Program-made: the position numbers and the translations under genes | In this document: one piece after another, positions 58,079-64,000 of the stretch | Position numbering within the stretch: the stretch's first letter is position 1 | Layout of the letters: every line of letters begins with the position of its first letter | The notes under the pieces: model-generated | Seen by the model: the letters and a program-made list of their open reading frames with translations, nothing else | The model's database searches: none | What the model was told of the DNA's origin: nothing | Assembly: GCA_030141605.1 (NCBI GenBank) | Contig: JAQGDQ010000017.1 | Span: 930,001-994,000 of the forward strand | Source of the DNA: Tubiluchus corallicola | Lineage: Eukaryota > Animalia > Priapulida | Length of the DNA: 64,000 bases | Direction of reading: 5' to 3'

Positions 58079-59221
58079 AAAAATTAAAGCGGAAAAGCGA
58101 ATTAATAGTTTTCATAACAGGCATATACATTTTTCTCTGTATTGTTTGCTTTATAAAGTATCCTAATAGTCTTGTATTAAATGTATGAAAAAACAGCAAA
58201 ACATAAAAAATAATAAAAGCACAACTTTACTTAATTCTTTTGTTGTTTCCTTTGCGGGTTCTTGTTGCTCTACATCATTTCAAAAGCACCGCGAATTGCA
58301 TAATTTTTGCGTTTACGTACGTGTGTGTGGTTTTATTTTATTTTACTGCATTTGTTGTTGCTATTGTTATTGTTATTGTTTTTAATGTTGTTGTTATTTA
58401 TCTTTAATGATATATTAACTTATTGATGAATCACTAATTGTTTTGTCGTTATTGTTATCATTATTGTTATCGTTTTTGTTACCGTTACCGCAATCATTAT
58501 CGTTATCGTTATTTTTATCGTTATCGTTATCGTTAGCACTGTCATTATATTTTATACAAAGCAGCGTTTACCAGACATCCAGACTGCGTTATGCGTTATT
58601 TTTTCTGCAGCTAATCTGATTGTTTAAACGTACTGAGTACACAATAAAGTATTTCGGGAGTCACTCTGGTCTGGATTAAGGATATTTCGATTTTCTATCG
58701 CCGATTAATGGTGATGTAGCACGATAGGACACCAAACAAATGTGTATTGCTTGCTCAGAACAACCTCCTGATTGTTCCCACAAAACAGTGTCTCGTTTTG
58801 GGTGGCCATCAAGTTGCTTCAAGTCGCGAGAGATTCTAGTTGGAATTCGGTTTTATCTCGGATGGATGGATCTTATTAATATGCATTGAAGAAAAGAAAT
58901 AAGCTAGTTGACGGATGGCATAAGATAGGCAGTACTATATTAAGAAAATGAAGTGCTTGGAGGAACTAAAATATTGCACAAGAAAAAGTATATAATTTCT
59001 TGACAAAGTTAGACAGTTCCTCGACAGAACTAACATATGAACACGTCTTGACTGACTTTTATGTAAGCAGACTATTGAGGATACAAAACATCAACTTGAG
59101 AGAATATGTTACTGATCGGACAATGTCCTCAGTAACTGGATAACCTTATTTTTCGCCTAGGGCGGACGGTGGAATGACGCTTATGAGAAGAATTAGGCAA
59201 TTAGCTTTTCCTTGCAAATGC

Positions 59222-59245
59222 AATGACGTCACTCTTTGTGGCTTC
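59222..59245 (+). promoter_or_regulatory. CRE + GTGGCTTC module upstream of R6
   Basis: aaTGACGTCActctttGTGGCTTC, about 150 bp before a candidate 5'UTR-exon donor GTAAGT at 59392. Confidence 0.6.
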
Positions 59246-59783
59246 GTAAACTCTGCTTGGCAGCAGACCAAGAAAAAGCGAGCAAATTGTTAATATTTTG
59301 TCACAACAGTTTTGTGTACATGTGTCGGAATGCAGCGATGGAGCATCGTCCGTATGTGCACTTGGCAAGCACGAGGTAGCATCAACCGTCTGTAAGTTAA
59401 ATGTACAGTATTATTATTTATAATAGTATTCTATAACTGAGATATATGCAGCAGGTATATTTAAGAAACACAAGAAATAAAGGAGAATATTTTTCTTTCT
59501 TTTCGTTTGTGATTATCCGGGGTTTAAGATGCTGTGTAGCAGGTAGGCTTACAGAGGCATTTAACATAAATTTTAGATGCAGACGCTTTCATGCAAAATA
59601 CAATATTCAGTTTTTGTAATTCTATTATATACGGATAAGTTTCATATGAGCATGGAAGGAGATCTCATTACAATATTTTAACATTTTGCTTTGTTGCTTC
59701 TACATGATGCTCTTGGCCCGTTGGGTACAATGATTAAAAATACTGACTAGTAAGTTATAATCTGGGTTCAGAATAAACAACGA

Positions 59784-60069
59784 AATCAACACAGTAGTTG
59801 ATGCAAAGCCTCATCACTAAATGCATATACTCCAGAACACACAACGTCTCGACAGTTTCCGTCATAGTCAAGTGTCTAAAATTTAAAAACCACACTGTCA
59901 AAAATTTAAAATTCAGTACCTAACATTAATAATTTAGTTTAATGTTGATGGTAGTGTTGTTTTTAAATTTTAGATACTTGACAATTTCAGAACAAGCTGC
60001 CGAAAAGCTGTTTCAAACTCTGGAAATAAGTGTATTTAGTGGTGAAACTTTACATCAGCGTATTGATTT
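59784..60069. repeat. Long imperfect inverted repeat (foldback, MITE-like)
   Basis: 59867-59896 pairs with 59953-59982 (2 mismatches); the outer arms at about 59798-59836 and 60018-60059 are also complementary. Confidence 0.75.
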
Positions 60070-60193
60070 TATGGTTTATACAGAAACGTTGATTACAAAT
60101 TAACCATTCTAACTACTGACATTATTGTGTTTCAAATGTAAATAAAAATAAAAATATGATTTAAAACTTTTAAATGTGCTTAACTTATAGATT

Positions 60194-61425
60194 ATGTATG
60201 ACGTCATGCCCTATACCAGGAATATCTCCAGGTTCAACCGCCAAGGTTGCTGTAAAAGATGCAGCTGCAGTTGGATTGATCTAAATTATCCAAGTCAAGT
60301 AGCTTTTGGACAAAGCTGGGTGAGGAAAATTCTTTTCGTTGACTTACCTATGCTTATAACACGGTTACAAAACGAACATTAATTATACTCCTAATATTAA
60401 AATTATCAATAATAATGGTATAAATCCACAATTAATTAAATTTTGAAAGCAAAATAAAAAACTGAAAACGTGAAAAGGGCGTAATGCTTGTTGCATTTGA
60501 ACCACGAATCTTCTGCTTGCCCAGAAGACACCATGACCGTTAGACTACCTTGTTCCCCAGCAATGATAACTGTCCAGCATTTCCAAAGTCAGAGCTAATT
60601 CTAACTGGACATGTCTGTCTTTCAAGTTTGGTTTCATAATTTCATTAATTGTATTAATTTTGGGCTTGTACCATCATGAAATGAATATGATCATGATCAT
60701 AATATTGATGACAGAACTAAATTGTTACTGTTTTGAAAGCACGAAAGTTGGAGTAAATATTTTCTTTTTTTCAGTGGCCCGTCCCTCCATTACTTTATGT
60801 GGCATTTCGCTTTTTTCGATTCATTGTTTTTGTTCTGTGGATGAGCTACATGATTTTCGAAAAAACGTCCAGCAAGGATTTCATTTGGAGAGACCCGTGG
60901 TTCATCTATGACCCGGCAACCCACCTTTCATTTCTGCTAGCTTGTTACATGGGCGTCGCACTGGTAACAGCCATAGTAGAATGGCGCAACAACAACCCCA
61001 AAGATGAGCCAAACAGGTGGTATCACAAGTTGCAATGGGCACTGTTTAACGTCACTTCCTGTGTTACATTCTGTGTTCCGGATTACTATAATGGTTTCGG
61101 TTGTGTAGGTCCGTTCGGAGTTTTGCTGGAACTGTTTACAGCTGCCATTCCTTATCGGTTTTTCCACTTGTTGCACCCTTATTTGTACTTCATAGTATAC
61201 AGTATTTTAGTCATAGGGTATTGGGCTGCTGGTGGAGAGAGGTACTTACACCTTGCAGTTTCCCACATGATGTGGTTTGTGTTTTTCACTCCCGTCCTAA
61301 CGTCTATTGGTGTGTTTGAATTCATGGAGTTTCGTGATGAAATGTCAGAGAGACTGCTTGGTAGCTCCTACCATCACTGCCCGTGCCATATTCACCAGAG
61401 TGAAGAAAAATTAACGATCAACTAA
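60194..61425 (+). CDS. Rolling stone-like paralog R6; exons 60194-60319 and 60775-61425 (258 aa)
   Basis: NRQGCCKRCSCSWIDLNYPSQVAFGQSW|WPVPP..FR, WFIYDPATH, KLQWALFNVT, IPYRFFHLLHPY, YWAAGGERY, HHCPCH. Confidence 0.87.
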
Positions 61426-62595
61426 TGAAAGCTCTACAAATAGGTTGCCAAATACAACTGAAAATTTAAAATTAAGTATTGTGCTATGGATGCTTGTAAG
61501 GTAATGTGACCAGCTCGTACATTACATGCAAAATAACAGTGTATTATGTATAATGTTAATAAATGTGTAATAAATAATAACGAATAAATAAATTATAAAA
61601 TGATGTAATGTTGCTTTTATGAGAAAGCAGAAAATGAATTGCTGTTGAAAAAGCAAATTATTTATTTTTTTTTAATTTCTTCAGTTACCTTATGCCTTGA
61701 ATAGTGGGTTGAATGGTGACAAGTTGCAAATATCTTAATAATTTTTGAAATGTTTAAAGTACATACTCTGGTGTCAAATGGTAATACAGATCATTTTTGT
61801 AATAGGTTTATATGTAAAGTTTGCACGAAAGTATTTATATAGTTTAGGCTATTCTTGTGTATGAGGGTATGCCAAGTGTAGTAAATAAAAGTGTAGTAAC
61901 TCTATATGGAGAATCTAAAAAAATGGTCCAGCTATAAGAGACCTACACAGCACGCGTTACTGGAACCCATTATCAATGATTTTTTGAAATGTATTCAACT
62001 CAATTTTGGAGTACCATGGACTCCATGTAAGAGTCGGACGAGTACAAATAACTAAAAATCAAACAAGGCTAGAATTTGAACAGCTAGAATTACTTACGAA
62101 GTTGGTGCCCAACTCTGGCTCGTGACGTGAATGTGGCGCAATGTGATCAACCTAGCAGTATGGTCCAGTACAAAAAAATAGCGTACTTCGTGCCTCTAAA
62201 AATACCGTAATTTTAATGCTTCAAATTAGACAAAAATGATGTTGATAAAGTAAAAGTTGATTTGCTGACCAATAGAAACTTTACGAGAAATGGGGATAAA
62301 TGGTACGGAAAAGGTACGAAAAAATACCGTAACTTCGTACCGTAACGTACTGCCATCCCCGTATGGCTGGACGTTCAGTACACGGGTCTACCGCTCTGAT
62401 TCATCACAAGTCAAACCAACAATTCCCATATGTATAAAAGCTAACAGTTTTTTATTTGAAACTATACTGCATAACGGAAGACGAAAGAGTCATGTCCTCT
62501 TAAACATCTCAGACGTCTCCAGAGGCAGAAGGAGGAGTCCTTCCATTAGATATCTACAATTATATAGTTCTTCGGCACATATCAATAGATCTCAG

Positions 62596-62995
62596 CAGGG
62601 CCGCCAAGAGAATTTTTGGGCTCCAGGGCAAAATAAAACATGCATTCCTCCAATAAAATGATACTCAAACTATGTCCACCACGGTGTGTCATAAGCAACG
62701 AAAGGGTAAAAGTAGGTAAGGGGTTATAAAATTAAATTTTCAGTATTTCTTAACATTTTAAAGATGATGTGATGAGAGATTATAAAAAATTGGTATTTAA
62801 CAGAAGTTTTGATGCATTTTGCTTTGAAGCAGAATAACGCAGTTTTAACTTTAACTTATGGACGGCTTTGGTTTGCAAGCACATTTTTATTTTGTTTGCT
62901 TTGCTCAAAGGACATTTTCGTTTTTTCCTCATTTGGCTTGTGGGCCCCCTAAACTTATGGACCCTGTGGTGTGCCGTCCCGGCTCAGTGGGCCTG
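62596..62995. mobile_element. hAT-type MITE (400 bp)
   Basis: Starts CAGGGCCGCC, ends GTGGGCCTG; TSD GATCTCAG / GATGTCAG (7/8); TIRs are degenerate. Confidence 0.7.
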
Positions 62996-64000
62996 GATGT
63001 CAGTATTCAAGTCAAACAACCAAATATGGGCATGATGTCAATACCATGGCAAGTTTGTGAATCGAGCATTCCTCGCATTAAACAAAGTAAGGGATTCCCC
63101 ATTTGTGCATGGTTAGCATTATCATAATCTACCGTTTGTACAATAAGTTTATGGCCTTTCTGTTACTCCTCGAAATATGGTGAAAGGAGAATTCAAATTA
63201 TTATTTAGTAATTGTTAATACTAAACCTAAGCGTTTAAGGAGCATGTCGGGCATCAATATATTGCATAGATAAGCGTAAAAATAGCTATGTCGTACATGA
63301 ATGCGTTATGTAGGTAACCACAGATTAGCTGAGGGAGTGTGAGTGTTCTTACGCCACAACAGAGGGTGCTCTAGTCAACACACTCTGGAATGATCGCGTA
63401 AGTCCTACTGGAGCATACGGTGTCTAAAACTTACACAATTAAATTACATGATGACATGGCTACTGTTTGGTTATGTCGAGGCGCCACAGGCGACTTCCAA
63501 GTAAATAAAATTATATGAATACAAAGGTATATCATAGCTCAAAATAGATACGCTTGCGCTAACATTAAGTAGTAATTTCGATTTCGCCAAAATTATGTTT
63601 ACTCTAATAATGTATCAGTAACTGAAATAACGAAGTTGCTGCCCAACTCTAGCTCGTATCGTAAATAGGGATGTGTCGCAAGCCGGGGAAAACTCTATAT
63701 TAAACCATACAAAAATGTGACGGGTTTCCCCGTTTGTTCATGGCTAGTCGGGGAACCCCATATTTAACAACGTGACAAGGCTAATCAGCATTTCATAATC
63801 TATCATTTATATAATGGTTCATAGACTTTCTGTTATTGCATTGTGTGTGCCAGTCTCTATAAGCTGAACAGTTGTATATGAAGACGTATGCCATCCTAAT
63901 ATTAATGTTATTGCAGTCTATAGCCTAAACACCTAACAAGATACCAAGAGTGCGAGCTGATATCAAAGGTCAGAATTAGTTTTCATTCTTGTATTAACTA

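Overview
AT-rich, intron-containing animal genomic DNA, probably from an invertebrate; no prokaryotic features. Left to right: (1) the last three coding exons of an Artemis (DCLRE1C)-like gene on +, followed by a degenerate telomere-type repeat; (2) a convergent multi-exon Egalitarian/EXD1-type DEDDy exonuclease-domain gene on - (about 1595 aa as I splice it) with a 2.8-kb Q/S/N-rich exon; (3) an intronless DHRS4-like SDR gene nested antisense in one of its introns; (4) a 28-kb tandem cluster of six diverged rolling-stone-like (AIG1/ADTRP-related) multi-pass membrane protein genes, R1-R6. The cluster is the most novel-looking part. Two paralogs splice in frame to an extra N-terminal exon of 11-mer amphipathic apolipoprotein-like repeats. 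All six have a remodelled putative active-site motif (DPxxH). N-terminal CCxxCxC and C-terminal HCxCH motifs are present together in five copies and lost together in one. Three promoters share a CRE+GTGGCTTC module. Many MITEs (hAT, Tc1/pogo, piggyBac), SINE/LINE remnants and microsatellites are also present. All gene models were built by hand from splice signals and phase, and family calls come from remembered motifs, not searches.
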